Source of the DNA: Zancudomyces culisetae HAW-14-8 | Lineage: Eukaryota > Fungi > Kickxellomycota | Direction of reading: 5' to 3' | NCBI GenBank assembly: GCA_052426225.1 | Contig: JBNJNM010000010.1 | Location: forward strand, 372,001 to 436,000 | DNA: 64,000 nt | Shown here: positions 41,501 to 52,860 of the stretch, piece after piece | Numbering within the stretch: the stretch's first letter is position 1 | How the letters are laid out: the number at the start of each line of letters is the position of its first letter | Position numbers and translations under genes: made by a program | The notes under the pieces: generated by a model | Databases searched by the model: none | The model's input: only the letters and a program-made list of their open reading frames with translations | What the model was told of the DNA's origin: nothing

Positions 41501-44211
41501 GCTCGGATTCGCTCCCCAACAAATAACTCGACAAACGAACCCCCAATAAGCACCGAAATTAGGTCCATGGCCTTTTTTTGAATCTTGATGTAGTTATCCG
41601 AATTCATAGAATATGGTTCACTTCGCAATCCCATAGCTATCTCAGCCTCAGCCTCTAATTGACTCATTTTTTTATCAAATGGATAAAATCCATATTTTGC
41701 TCCCATATACATATCTTCAACTGCCTCTCCAAACCATTTCCGTCCCAAGTCACCAGAAAAGTTGAGCAAATGGTTTATATCAACCTTTGTTACCTCGGAA
41801 AACACAAAGCTGCTTGTGTTATAAATTGGTGCTTCCATTTTCAAAATCTTCACACAAAATTCCGCTGCGTTGTTTCCTTGCATCTCTGGATTTTCCTGAA
41901 TACCACCCATTTTCCACTGGTAGGTGCTACCATGATTCTGACGCCCCATACCTTCTTCAAACTCAACAAAGCTTCTGTACTCATTTTCAAACTTTTCCCG
42001 ATATACAGCTCTTTCATTTTTTCCTGGAATTGTCTTGAAGGCACTCGACGAACCCTCAAAAATCGGCCCATTCTCTCCATAAACTCCATAACTATATTCG
42101 GCTGACCTTTTCGCAATATCTGGATACTTCAATCCGCTTTTCAAATCACCAGCGTTGCTGCTGCTAATACTCGAGTCATCATTGTTATTGCCGATACCAG
42201 CACCGCTTTGTCTGTGAAGCGTGACACTTTTACCACTACAGCTACCCTTTTTATCAACGTTTTTACTCCTACTATCGATTCCGTGAATTTCGTTGTCTGT
42301 CAGATTGAAGTAAGGAGTGTATGCGTTGATATCGTTTCCGTCCACGCTTTTATTCCTGGAATCGGGCATTGGAGCTGGTGGACATGTTTTATTTTTTATA
42401 CTTTTTAGATTTACCAAAAGGTGTTCGACCTTTTGTGACATATTAATGTATTCTATGAGTATCGATCGTGGTCTAACACTATCTGCTACCCCACTATTAA
42501 TCGAATACTTGCCTTTTTCTGGGGTATTAATGTAGACATCCTCATCAAAAGCTCTTTCTGGTGAATCTGCCATGAAATTTACTCCTTCACCAGTGGATGA
42601 AACACCAAACCGATGCCCTCTAGACGACTTTTGTGTGAACTCCCATCCTTCCCGAAACTCTGGATACTTTATTCTAAGACTATCAATTGGTACTAAAATC
42701 TGATCCCCAGTAACTAGTGCTAGCCTTTTATCCATAATATAGGCAGCCCAGCATATACGCCTAATGGATTCATACATATTCTCCTCTGACAGATACCCGG
42801 CCAACTTCACGTTCTCGTTTGCACTCTTTGCTTTCTCTTTGTTTAACCGTTGTGAAAAATATTTTGATATAAAATCCAAAATAAAGAAATTTTCTCTGTT
42901 CATGATAAAAGTTGCCTCTCTAAGAAGTGTACTCGACCTCCTGTAACTTCCCAGCAGATAATAAAACATTGAAAACATGAAAATGGCTTGCGTTTTATAT
43001 AAAACTAGCTCTAAATTCATATATTGCCCATTAGATTCGTCTCTTCCATCAGATAGCAGACTGTAGCCTAATCTGATGTGTTTGATACCAACTGCTCTAT
43101 TCTTGGATCCAAATCCGTTTATTGCAAGCCATAGCGGAGGATATATTTTTTTTTCACTTATCTTTGCAAGCAAATCCTGTTTGGACATTATTGGCATCAT
43201 TGGAATAAAGTGCTCGATAAACCTACTTGTCACCTGTGTATGATCAATCGCTGGTATTCCATCCCCATGGTAATTTTTTGTCCCACCGCCCCTGCGATGG
43301 TAAAGTGATTTTTTATACATTTCGGGCGAGTCCAGTCCTCTAAAGCTCTTTTTATTGGCACCGCTACTTTCATCGTTTCTCCTCAGTGTTGTGGGTTCAA
43401 GCATTTTTTCCGACAGCTCTGTTCGATCACTCATTGGGCTCATTGTAAGCCCATCCGTTTCCCTTGTATCGAATCTCATACCAGATGTAAACCCTTTCTT
43501 TTTACCTCCAAACATCGCTCGATCTGATTTACTATCATCTATTCTCATAATGTCGTCTTTTGACTCACCTTTGGCTAGCACGCTGCTACTTGCTGAGCTT
43601 GCCTGTCCATTTGCAAAGGAAAAATCAAACGGCTTGAACTCTCTACCCACAGGTGACGACTCAGCAATACCGCCTTTCGCCGCACCAGCAGCAATCACTG
43701 CCTCTTCTATAGCTTCGCGAAACTCGGGCCCCATTATTTTTCCGGGTGGAATCAGATCCGCAAATGTATACGTCCTCGGTGGTCGCCCTCTCTTTTTTTC
43801 CTTTGCGTATATACAGTGTGCACCGCGGTTTTTACAGTTGGTACATTGTGGCTGTAAGCTGTCACACTTGATCTTTTTTCGCCTACATAGCATACACGCT
43901 GACCCTATTCGCCGGCGTGGTTTAGACCCTTCACCGTTATTATAGCCTTTTTGATCCTCTTCGTTCGAATTTTCGCTTTCTCTTCTGAGCTTTTCCCGCT
44001 CAACATCACCTTTTGATTCTTCATCGGTAGTCTTATCTTCGTTGTTATCTTCAGTAACCTCTTTTCTCACGCTCACCGGTTCTTTACCACCTTTTACTTC
44101 TTGAACTCCATCCTCTTCCAGGGATTTTGCGGGCTTCGACTGATCCTCATGGACCACTGCCACGCTCTTTTTTTCGTTGTCGCTTATATCATTGCACATT
44201 TGTACACTCAT
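38521..44211 (-). CDS. Zn(II)2Cys6 transcription factor with fungal TF middle region and long disordered C-terminus, 1896 aa
   Basis: ACMLCRRKKIKCDSLQPQCTNCKNRGAHC (CX2CX6CX6CX2CX6C) followed by KKRGRPP. FIEHFIPMMPIM and ESIRRICWAAYIMDKRLAL match the fungal TF domain. Confidence 0.93.
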   Translation of the reverse strand: MSVQMCNDISDNEKKSVAVVHEDQSKPAKSLEEDGVQEVKGGKEPVSVRKEVTEDNNEDKTTDEESKGDVEREKLRRESENSNEEDQKGYNNGEGSKPRRRIGSACMLCRRKKIKCDSLQPQCTNCKNRGAHCIYAKEKKRGRPPRTYTFADLIPPGKIMGPEFREAIEEAVIAAGAAKGGIAESSPVGREFKPFDFSFANGQASSASSSVLAKGESKDDIMRIDDSKSDRAMFGGKKKGFTSGMRFDTRETDGLTMSPMSDRTELSEKMLEPTTLRRNDESSGANKKSFRGLDSPEMYKKSLYHRRGGGTKNYHGDGIPAIDHTQVTSRFIEHFIPMMPIMSKQDLLAKISEKKIYPPLWLAINGFGSKNRAVGIKHIRLGYSLLSDGRDESNGQYMNLELVLYKTQAIFMFSMFYYLLGSYRRSSTLLREATFIMNRENFFILDFISKYFSQRLNKEKAKSANENVKLAGYLSEENMYESIRRICWAAYIMDKRLALVTGDQILVPIDSLRIKYPEFREGWEFTQKSSRGHRFGVSSTGEGVNFMADSPERAFDEDVYINTPEKGKYSINSGVADSVRPRSILIEYINMSQKVEHLLVNLKSIKNKTCPPAPMPDSRNKSVDGNDINAYTPYFNLTDNEIHGIDSRSKNVDKKGSCSGKSVTLHRQSGAGIGNNNDDSSISSSNAGDLKSGLKYPDIAKRSAEYSYGVYGENGPIFEGSSSAFKTIPGKNERAVYREKFENEYRSFVEFEEGMGRQNHGSTYQWKMGGIQENPEMQGNNAAEFCVKILKMEAPIYNTSSFVFSEVTKVDINHLLNFSGDLGRKWFGEAVEDMYMGAKYGFYPFDKKMSQLEAEAEIAMGLRSEPYSMNSDNYIKIQKKAMDLISVLIGGSFVELFVGERIRATPLLPSIISVVTLHEYIKNMLEKTKSGRYIGSGFEKTKEMISVFSSRGRRSFDEYPEGYKENDLVDESERVFSYKERKKGLGSELGIGLEPGSGSILGSVSGSGSRPGSRSGSGFHTYSSDSNATDMGVSAKLGGWGLIPSLGVVKSWKECTKTAMDVAEECLRFSRSLTFNSILSMNLDISKNKTRINSFEQFIKTISRMLQNSVCIKSTLIGAVRILILNLWLYPRWEALYRKLAGVHRIRIGEFSRAALFKREIRVQDSSSSSRNVSVWYVKSISEKNGGYNKQANTSRTSEMIAPPYSLYKILQSLASILTVLSSLSHYWGIDSEIQKIENVIFKIQGSHSSPFKSPDVYDTQSTESIFHHFVISGLKSSNVPNSRDFSNSYSTGKPRLINRGRYDHYHPNIDTKYFYDNKRRKGGQDYYSHGNMQHPKEYVDSYLYNTDEHSGEVMSSTKSGKSYSGTHDINNSLSINTNISADTRRYVGMSSTGSMRQQSPTENPNSASASRLLSMRDSFLSTLILREDGRTKSSESPHITSRVRSGNNIQSTMQTQTQTPASIHSYSNSRPNRPPNAYSRAYDSSFGHTNPIFRYNQNFNYVKGSYVKPKTMDLAYYKSIPTKKPQESSASSWKRSPPILESDFYNANHILSTNALASTNNYSHSRRNSQVVDNISPTVQQAIEQFKSARDSNYNRAGFPPSQKSNRLPESSSSAYADYRYHPYPYSSLSAGFGSSITELSTIKNMQVSASNTSRMVSIDDLQLIRMDESSRNSKPRSYDHNDNVSDPHIHPHTQSHYPPTNNPDPPFPTNIVERLNSSNSNHGDNYSLNNIDTSASDIPTNVPPGAISTHSFDGHSHSHSHSGNHSRSHNHNRGHSHGQAHGSGNSSKNRNSTIVSSIPTDRHINTKNHRGHNDEDGCEDGDDDDEYIDGMDGTSPDNDYDNHYSSARQENEYHNAEYNYALEHDEHRTNYHNGGNIESQNHKTILPTFRSLGL

Positions 44212-47200
44212 CTCACCTTTTTCGCCTTCTGTAAGTTTTTTCTCTTTGTTTGATGCTCCTTCTCTTTTGTCAATAATTTGTTAATAAGGGTAAGGAATGA
44301 AAAGTAATATAATGGGAGGGGGGATGGACAAATATAACCTTTATCACCTATGACTGCTTAGTACACTCGAATAAAAATTTAAAAACCACCCCAAGTCAAT
44401 ATACCTATATTTATTCAAAACAGCGACAGTGCATTGACACATCAATACATTATCAGTGCTATCTTCCATTAACTAAATAGGGCTCCCTTTAAGCCAGAGT
44501 ACTTGTGTAAATATGTATTATTTCGGGATTTTTAAAATTAACACAATATTAGGTTTTACTACTTTGCTGGTCTATTTAACGCTTTTTCTTGGGACAATAC
44601 ACATCTGCCTACACAGCTTTTTGTCCTCAGAATATATATTAGGTTCTCATTACCATTTTTAATTTAGCCAATTCCACTAGTTCTTGAAAGTCGAATCACT
44701 TTTTTTATTTTATCTTTAAAGCTCGGCTAATTAAATCACTTTTGATTGTTACTTAAATCAATGGTAAAATTTACTAGCCATTCACAATCGAGACTTGCAG
44801 AGCTAGCGGATGTTTATTGCTTTTTTGCCCTAAATTAGTTGCGATTTATAATCCTATAACATTTGATTATTTTTTATTGCAAATAATTTTGCTTTGAAAT
44901 AAACATAAAACTTACCCTGCAAATAGGATTCTAAATAATCATTAAATAAAGGAACCGTAAGTATGGTGCTGGTAGTTGATGCAAATCCTCACCCCCTAGT
45001 TCTCAACTGTTTCGCCTTAAGTTTTAGCATCTTATACCCAAAATATTCCATGCTTTTTTTGCTTTTATTTTTTTGTCGTTATGTAAACTGGGTTAGATAA
45101 GCCCGTTCAAATTGCCTACTACCACTAATAAACCAACATCTTTGTAACCACCACCCCTCTTTGGTTCAGCTTTCCCTAAAAACATTCAGATAAAAGAATT
45201 TTGTTTTATGTTGTGATCACACGCATTATCAAGCCTGTTCTTTATTAACTTGCAAGTTGTTCGGTAAATTTTTATTAATATGTGCCCTAACTTTTCAATT
45301 TGAAAAACATTCTAAACCTCTCCCCTTCCACCTACCCGAGTTTGCCGCAATTTCTGCTTATTTTCCAAACTGTATTCTATGGGGGGGTTTGGGTTAGTCA
45401 TTTAATTTCATCAGTAAATATACTGGGTTATTCGAGTTTCTTTATCTCCCAACATTTTTGAAGCAGCGTTGTTCCTTCTTATCTCAGGGTATTACCGCAT
45501 TTTTCTCTATTGACTTGTGTTTTTGCTTTTGCCATTAATCAGAAAAATGAAAAAATAAATCAAACACAACTTGGTTTATACGATATTTGGTACAGCATCC
45601 AATAATATAATCTGCATTTGCGTTTTTTTCCACGTTTTTTACCGATTTATGAAGATCGCACACTCACTCACCCACTCACACATGCTCCTCTCATCAATTC
45701 TTTTCCACCAACTCACTACTCCTCATTCGAGACACATGTACAAATTACGCTCTTCGTATTTGTTATTATATCAGCTTATTCACAAAATGCGTTGGGTTAA
45801 ATTATTTCAAATCAATACTAAAGATCTGTATTTAGCTTGAATCGAACACACAGCCTTGACTTTCCACGATTTTACTTGTAAATATACCCTTATGTGTACC
45901 ATATACAATATCACAGTACTTGTTACGTCAACTTACACTAACCTACACATACACCTGCACATTTTTCTATACCCCCAACCAAGTATATGAAAATTAGTTT
46001 ATCTCTTACAGTTACGAGATTAAAACATTTTAAAAAAGTCGGATACTAAGTTCCAACCTACCTCTACAACACTTATAAAACCACTACCAGCGTCGCTAAA
46101 AAAATTATAACGGTTTTCCTTATTGATTTACTTTACACCTCAAAGTTAATCTCAACCTATACACTTAACGCACGTTTTCCTTCGATTTGAAAAAATTTTA
46201 ATATCAATATTCAGTTTTGCATGTATTTAACCAACATATCTTTTAAACAAAACACACTCAGTACGTCTTTCCTTGTGTAGGAATTCGGCGATTTTCCGAG
46301 GACCACATCAATTATAATAATGCGAACCAGTTGTATTCTAAATCCAACCACTCGTATAACTTTCTCTTGACATGAATTGATTTATGGTGTCTTAGCACTT
46401 TAGTGTGTTTGTCATTCATACATGTATTGTGGCCAGCTTAGCTGAAAAATTTTATATATTATTTAATGTTTTTTCACATGCCTTGATGTTTAACAATAAA
46501 AAATGTGATGTTTGATGTTTAGGTAATTGGTGTTCATGTATTACTTATTCTAACGGGGGACAATTTTTCAGTTTAGGATTTTTACAAGCAGTGACCATAA
46601 CCAACAAAAGTAAAAAAGCAATTAAAAAAATAACTGAGTGGAAAGCTAAAACCCATAACCATCTCATCTATCTCTTATGAAAAACAACCTATGCAGTACT
46701 CTAGTATTGCACTTTAAAGCAGGATGCAATATCAATGCAGTTCATTTAACGAATTAATCTTACCGTTCTTCTGTTTCTAGCCGGATCATTTAAATAAAGC
46801 AAAATAATCACCTTCTCTTCTCTCCCCCCCCCTCTTTTCCGAACAAAACATATGCACTCTTTAAAATATCAAAATTCTTCCCGAAAAAAAGCAAATCGTT
46901 AGGTGATTGGAAAAAAAAAACGCAGTCAGTAAAATACCAGTCTATTTCACAGTTCATTTTACGTAATCATTTTTTTGATATCCTTTTATGCATTCCAGCG
47001 TTGTGCAATAATATTTTACGTAATTCATCTTCAGTTTCCAGCAAATCTAATAACCGAAAAATTCAAAATCCCATGAAATGAATGACTTGAGAAATATGGT
47101 CTGATATTTTTACTTTAGAATAAAGTTTTGCTAAAAAAAATCCGGTTCTCACTTTCAGTGAAAATTACTTTAGACCTGGGTAACCTTTCATTTTCATTCG

Positions 47201-49469
47201 TGATGGGTTTTTGCGAATAATCCTATAAATATATTCACAAGAGTTGAATGTGTTATTATAAAAAAGGCCAACGTACAATTTACCAAGTTTAACTATACAA
47301 TGTATGACAGACCTTTTTCTCAGCAAAAACATGTTATCGAGATAAATGATTGGCTCACGGGGCCAATAGGGTGCTTTTTTCTGGATCTGCAACTTGCAAC
47401 TGGGCTTCCACACACCCTGTTTTCCCAAACATAATGCTATGTTACCTCGAACATTTGTAAAAGTGCTGTATGACTAGAATGCCTGTCTTTTGGGTTTATA
47501 AATGGCTGTTCTAGTAGCTCAGCTTGTAGTGCAAAAAGCAATACTGAACTTCTTTGATTATGGGATAAATGCCCCAAAGTCATAAACATCCGAGATCTTT
47601 ATAGTCCTGAATGCACACAAACTACATTTTGAATTCCTGTTATCACTTATTGATAATCCAGTATATGCAGCCATCAGGAATCACACTAAGTATTCTTATA
47701 ACATCCAAGTCAGCTATAAAGTATGAAGTTATTAGATACCGAGTATAGCACAAAAAAGAAATAACTGTGGATTAAAAATACCTACGAAAACAGTCAGCAC
47801 AGTTGGGTCATGTTTGCACTTCACTAATTAGCTAATTTATGTTTATTTTTTTTATGGTGCTTTAAAGAAAGATATTTCAAATATGGAAAAGCATAGCGGG
47901 TGGAGAATTAAGACACAAACGATGCGTTATGGGTGGGCTTATGGGTATTTACATTAGAATACCAATCAACACTGCGTTCAAGTTGAGTATCCTTCTTAAC
48001 AGGTCTGTCTGGAATTTTGATTCCGGCAATCCAATTGTTTTCTTGATGCTATAAAGTATTAAATGTTTTGGCTACAACTTGCATTATTATACACCTTTAT
48101 ATTGATTTATACATTATTACATGTGCGCATACAGGATTAATCGTGCTGAAGTGCTGAAGTTGACACATTTACTTGATATCTGTATAGATATTGCTTTCCA
48201 TACCCTTTCTTTGACTAGTAATAGTTTACATTGCACTACTTTTCTGAGAAAGATATAAAAGTGTCAAAAAAACTGTACACTTGAAACACATTTTACATTC
48301 ACTCATTTGATGTACGCAAAATCTTATCTATAGTTTGTATGTATGAGTAATTTTTACCCATTCGCTAAGGACCCCTTGGTTTCAAGAATTTCCAGTACTC
48401 GACCATCCGAATGTGGTTTTTATACAACAGTCCTAATGTACGTTTTACACATATAGGATGACAAGGCACCAGAGAAGAGAAAAGGATCTTGTTTTTTTTC
48501 GTTATTCAGAATTATAGTATATATTTTTAACCTACATTTTATTATCAGAGAGGAATAGGAATATTTCATTAAATAAACTCGGTATAAGAGAAATATACAC
48601 TAAATATTAATAAAACATTCCAATATACACCTGTATCCAGAGCCACAGAAAAAGTGTTTGCACCGCAACAAGAATACTAAATATTTATTATGTATGTTTA
48701 TATGAGGATTTCAGCAGTCAAAATTACAATATAAAAGTAATAAAAAAAACTAATTATCCCTTACCAAGGGATCTCTACATGATAAACTATACCATTTGAA
48801 AAGTGCAGCTGATTACTAAATGAATATAGATAAAATACATTAAAGCACAAGAGCAAACCCTGATTCATCAATACCAAGGCATAGCTTATTTCCTTAAATC
48901 GTGTGTTCACTATCCTTATGTAAATTGACGTATATATATACAGGACAAACTACTGGTTGTCGCATATGTTATTATCTTCACAACTGCTTACCCAAAGTCA
49001 TTAATATATAATCAAGTGCATTATTCTACAAAACTACTTTTTTACAGCCCATCCACAAATGAGTATATTTACAGGTGTGCCAACTGGAGAAATAACAAAA
49101 ACTAGAAAAATGGCTTGCTCAGTGAGTAATATTGCTCACCTTAAGCTCTACACCTAATACCAATATTGGGTATTCAGTGTTCTTATTTTTTTGGGTGAGA
49201 AGGGGGCAAGAAGGGGCGAGAAATGACCCATACAGAACCTATAAATTCGCTTGCAATTCCATTTCAGAATCGAAAAAAAAAATGCATTACTAAGCACAAC
49301 TGGTTCTAGAAAAGAAGGAAAAACCATAACACTGATTGGCTTGGAATGCGCACTCACTGATTCTACAATTTGGCTGTATAAAAGGTTGAAAAGAGATTAA
49401 AATCCTCGATTCAAATAACGATTACCATAAAAATAAAAAGTAGAAAAACAACTAAATTGCAGAATACAA

Positions 49470-50735
49470 ATGGGTCTTTCTAGTGTAAAAAACATTGTTC
49501 TTGTTCTATCTGGAAAAGGTGGGGTGGGTAAATCCTCAGTGACGGTTCAGCTTTCGATTTCTCTGGCCAATTTAGGGAAAAAAGTCGGAATATTAGATGT
49601 AGACCTGTGTGGACCGAGTATTCCGAGGATGTTGGGTGTAGACGACAAAAAGATTCTACAGACAAGCTCAGGGTATGTTTTTTTTATACAGCTAAGCATT
49701 TTTTTATGGGTATTTTTTTAAGCATTTCATGAAATACACGAAAAGTAATCAAAATTATGAATTTTAGATGGGTACCAGTGTACGTCGATGAAAAACAGAA
49801 CATAGGGTGCATTTCTATAGGCTTTTTACTTCCCAGCAAAGGATCCTCAGTTGTTTGGAGAGGTCCTAAAAAAACAAGTAAGCGTGAAGTCATATACTGC
49901 TACATTTTACATATATTACTTGAACAGTTGAATAGTTATATAACTTACCCTAATTTGACTCAATAGCCATGATCAAGCAGTTTTTGACAGATGTGAACTG
50001 GGGAGATATTGATTATCTGATAATTGACACACCTCCTGGTACATCAGACGAGCATTTAGCACTAATTGAACAGCTTAGCGATATAAAAGTGGCTGGTGCC
50101 GTGCTTGTAACCACACCACAGGTGAGAAAACACTCGTCATTGCGAACAAATTACGGTATAAATTATATACTAAATACTCAACTAAAACTGCAAAATAGGA
50201 GGTTTCATTAGCCGATGTTAGAAAAGAGATTGATTTTTGCAAAAAAGTTGGAATTAATATACTAGGCGTGGTAGAAAACATGAGTGGATATGTCTGTGTG
50301 CATTGTTCAGTAAGTATTAACCATCTGTGTTTGTTATAGTCTTCCTTTTATAAGCACACTTTGCGGTATATAACTATGAAGCGACCCATTCATTGCAATT
50401 TAATATTTTTATTATAGGAGTGTACGAATATATTCTCTAGCGGGGGAGGAAAAAGATTGGCACAGGAGAATTCAGTACCATTTTTAGGTAGGTTTCTGGT
50501 TATGTGATATATTTTTTTTATCGCAATATGCATACAGAGAATACATCCCTATTTGTGTAATAAAATAGGATGTGTTCCAATTGATCCTGGATTGGTCACT
50601 ATGTTGGACAGTACACGCGCAAATGCGACAGGTAGCAGTGAGATTGTAGAGTTGTATTCAGGCTGTTCTGTTTCAGGGATTTTCAACGAAATCGGTCGCA
50701 ATGTGGACAACATAATATCAAACTCTAGTAACTGA
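49470..50735 (+). CDS. CFD1: Cytosolic Fe-S cluster scaffold Cfd1/NUBP2; exons 49470..49672, 49768..49877, 49967..50121, 50199..50309, 50418..50487, 50569..50735
   Basis: [52 protein letters not shown]|[29 protein letters not shown]|[11 protein letters not shown] and LG|CVPIDP. It lacks the N-terminal Cys extension of Nbp35. All five introns are GT-AG with consistent phases. Confidence 0.95.
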
Positions 50736-51282
50736 ATGAGTTTTTTATTTTTACTCAAATAACTATCTGTTAAATCTATTCACGCCAGATTCTTCTGTAG
50801 TCTCGGATTAGTAGTTATACATGACACATATCGTTTATTAATTACCAAGCAGTATGTACCAAAGTATCACTATATGATACAATTCAACCAAGCTTTAGTT
50901 GGGAGTAGCTCAGATTTTGAATGAGACCGACTCAAACATATTAGCTATTAAGCCAAAGAACATACTTGGTGTTAATTTGGGTATCATCATATTGATTATT
51001 TATATGTGTTAGACCATACTGCGCACCAAGACAGATGGGATGGGTCTGGTTTTGGTGAAAATTTGCAAAGTACTAAACGATTATTTTCTGCCAGCATGTT
51101 TGAATAAAGACATTTTCTCTCCCTCGACCAGCTATTTTTTTTACTCGAATATTCCAAAAATGCTGTCATCATATTAGGCTTTAAAGTACTATATTTTCAT
51201 ATTATATAACCGATAAAGTAAAAAAACAATAAAGTAATAGGGTGATAACAAAGATAGTGATACGTTTAAATATTAGTTTAAT

Positions 51283-52617
51283 CTAGTTTGAATCAAATGG
51301 GTTAAGTATTGGTCGCAGTTTCAATGGACCGCTCCATTCGCCTTTCAGATGCACCTTGTTGTAGACTTGTGGAAGCATATCGGCTGTCAACCAATAGGAA
51401 AAGGCTCTTTCCTTCCCCTGGTTAAAAAAGAAAGATTCTCTTGGCTTTCCAGTGAATCCGTTAAACTCTGCCAACACCACAGAGTTTTTACCTGTGATCA
51501 ATGGACAAGAAGTATACCCATCATATTTTTCATAATTGATATTCTTTCCTGTAACTATTCTATTGTACAAATTTGACTTTACAACCGATGCCTGTACAAC
51601 AGCCGCAGCTGCAGTCTTGGATGTAGGGATGTTTGTGCAGTCGCCCAACCCGTAGATATTGTCAAATGCTTTGTGCTGCATAGTGTTCCTGTCTACATCT
51701 AGAAATCCAGTTGCATCCGCAAGCTTGGAGTTTTTAATAAAGTCATAAGCCTTCATAGGTGGTGTTACATGTAAAAAGTCATATTCTTGCTGAATCACAT
51801 TCCCAGCGTTGGGCCCATCCCCCAATACCTTAAAACTGGCTACTTTGCTGTTTGCATCAACCTCAACCAGGTTATGTAAGAGATTGACCCCGATATTGCG
51901 TTTATTAGCTACATTCCACATGGATGCAGCATACTTGTCTATTCCAAATATTTTTCCAATTCCTGTGTAATACTTAACGCTAGACTTATCCCTCACGCCC
52001 AAATCACGGAACTTTTCTTCAGCTAGATAGGCAATCTTTTGTGGAGCACCAGGACACTTTATTGGCGTCGCAGGCATTGTAAACAGTGCATTTCCACCCT
52101 TGAAACTTTCTAGAAACTCGCGTGTCTTTAAAACAGTATCCACAGAGTAGTTGCTACACACACCATCCTTACCTATCGCATCTTGCAGGCCCTTGACTGC
52201 ACCAAAGTTTAGCTCTATCCCTGCTGCAACCACAAGATATTCATAACCTATCTTGGTTCCATCACTAAGCTCAACAAAATTATTTTCTGGATTTATTGCG
52301 GTTACCCGATTTTTTATCCATTCAGCCTTTTTCGGGATGATATCTGACATTTTTGTCACTGTAGAATTCAAGTCTTTCAGCCCGGCTCCTACAAGGGTCC
52401 AAAGTGGTTGTTGGTAATGAAACTCGGAAGGCTCGATTATCCCAACATCACCCTTTCCCAGTTTCTTCGAGAGTGTGGCCGCCACTGAAACACCACCACT
52501 TCCGTTTCCTATGCACAGGACTTTGTAGGATTTGTTTTTAGCATGTGGTACGTATATCCCGGCATTGGTAGTGGCCTGGAGAATCTTGGATGCTCTAACA
52601 ACGGTTGCTGCCCTCAT
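51283..52617 (-). CDS. SQOR: Mitochondrial sulfide:quinone oxidoreductase (SQOR/Hmt2), 444 aa
   Basis: Rossmann GNGSGG, HYQQPLWTLVGAG, catalytic Cys motifs IKCPGAPQK and YDGYTSCPL, GDCTNIPTSKTAAA and LAEF. Short presequence. Confidence 0.95.
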   Translation of the reverse strand: MRAATVVRASKILQATTNAGIYVPHAKNKSYKVLCIGNGSGGVSVAATLSKKLGKGDVGIIEPSEFHYQQPLWTLVGAGLKDLNSTVTKMSDIIPKKAEWIKNRVTAINPENNFVELSDGTKIGYEYLVVAAGIELNFGAVKGLQDAIGKDGVCSNYSVDTVLKTREFLESFKGGNALFTMPATPIKCPGAPQKIAYLAEEKFRDLGVRDKSSVKYYTGIGKIFGIDKYAASMWNVANKRNIGVNLLHNLVEVDANSKVASFKVLGDGPNAGNVIQQEYDFLHVTPPMKAYDFIKNSKLADATGFLDVDRNTMQHKAFDNIYGLGDCTNIPTSKTAAAAVVQASVVKSNLYNRIVTGKNINYEKYDGYTSCPLITGKNSVVLAEFNGFTGKPRESFFFNQGKERAFSYWLTADMLPQVYNKVHLKGEWSGPLKLRPILNPFDSN

Positions 52618-52778
52618 TGCTTTATTTCAGTTTATTTTCTTTGTTTTTCGTTTGTATAGTACTTTATCCTTGAGGTACGCTATTGTCTTATACCACCAGC
52701 TATTTTTCTACTAAAGAGTCTTTCACAGTGGTTGTTCGTTTTTTATATATAGAAAATTTAGAGATAAAACGAGAATAG

Positions 52779-52860
52779 CTTGATAATCCTGTGCTGGCAA
52801 TCCAAAGCTTTATAAATGGAATAAAACAGGGGTTTGGCATTTTATAGCAGGATTATCAAG
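52779..52860. repeat. Perfect 13-bp inverted repeat (CTTGATAATCCTG / CAGGATTATCAAG) with 56-nt spacer in the SQOR promoter
   Basis: Arms at 52779-52791 and 52848-52860; each contains a TGATAA (GATA) core. Confidence 0.85.

Noticed and set aside
47508-47580. tRNA-like start GTTCTAGTAGCTCAGCTTGTAGTGC (also TAGCTCAG at ~50907)
   Set aside because: A-box-like only; no GTTCRA T-loop or cloverleaf.
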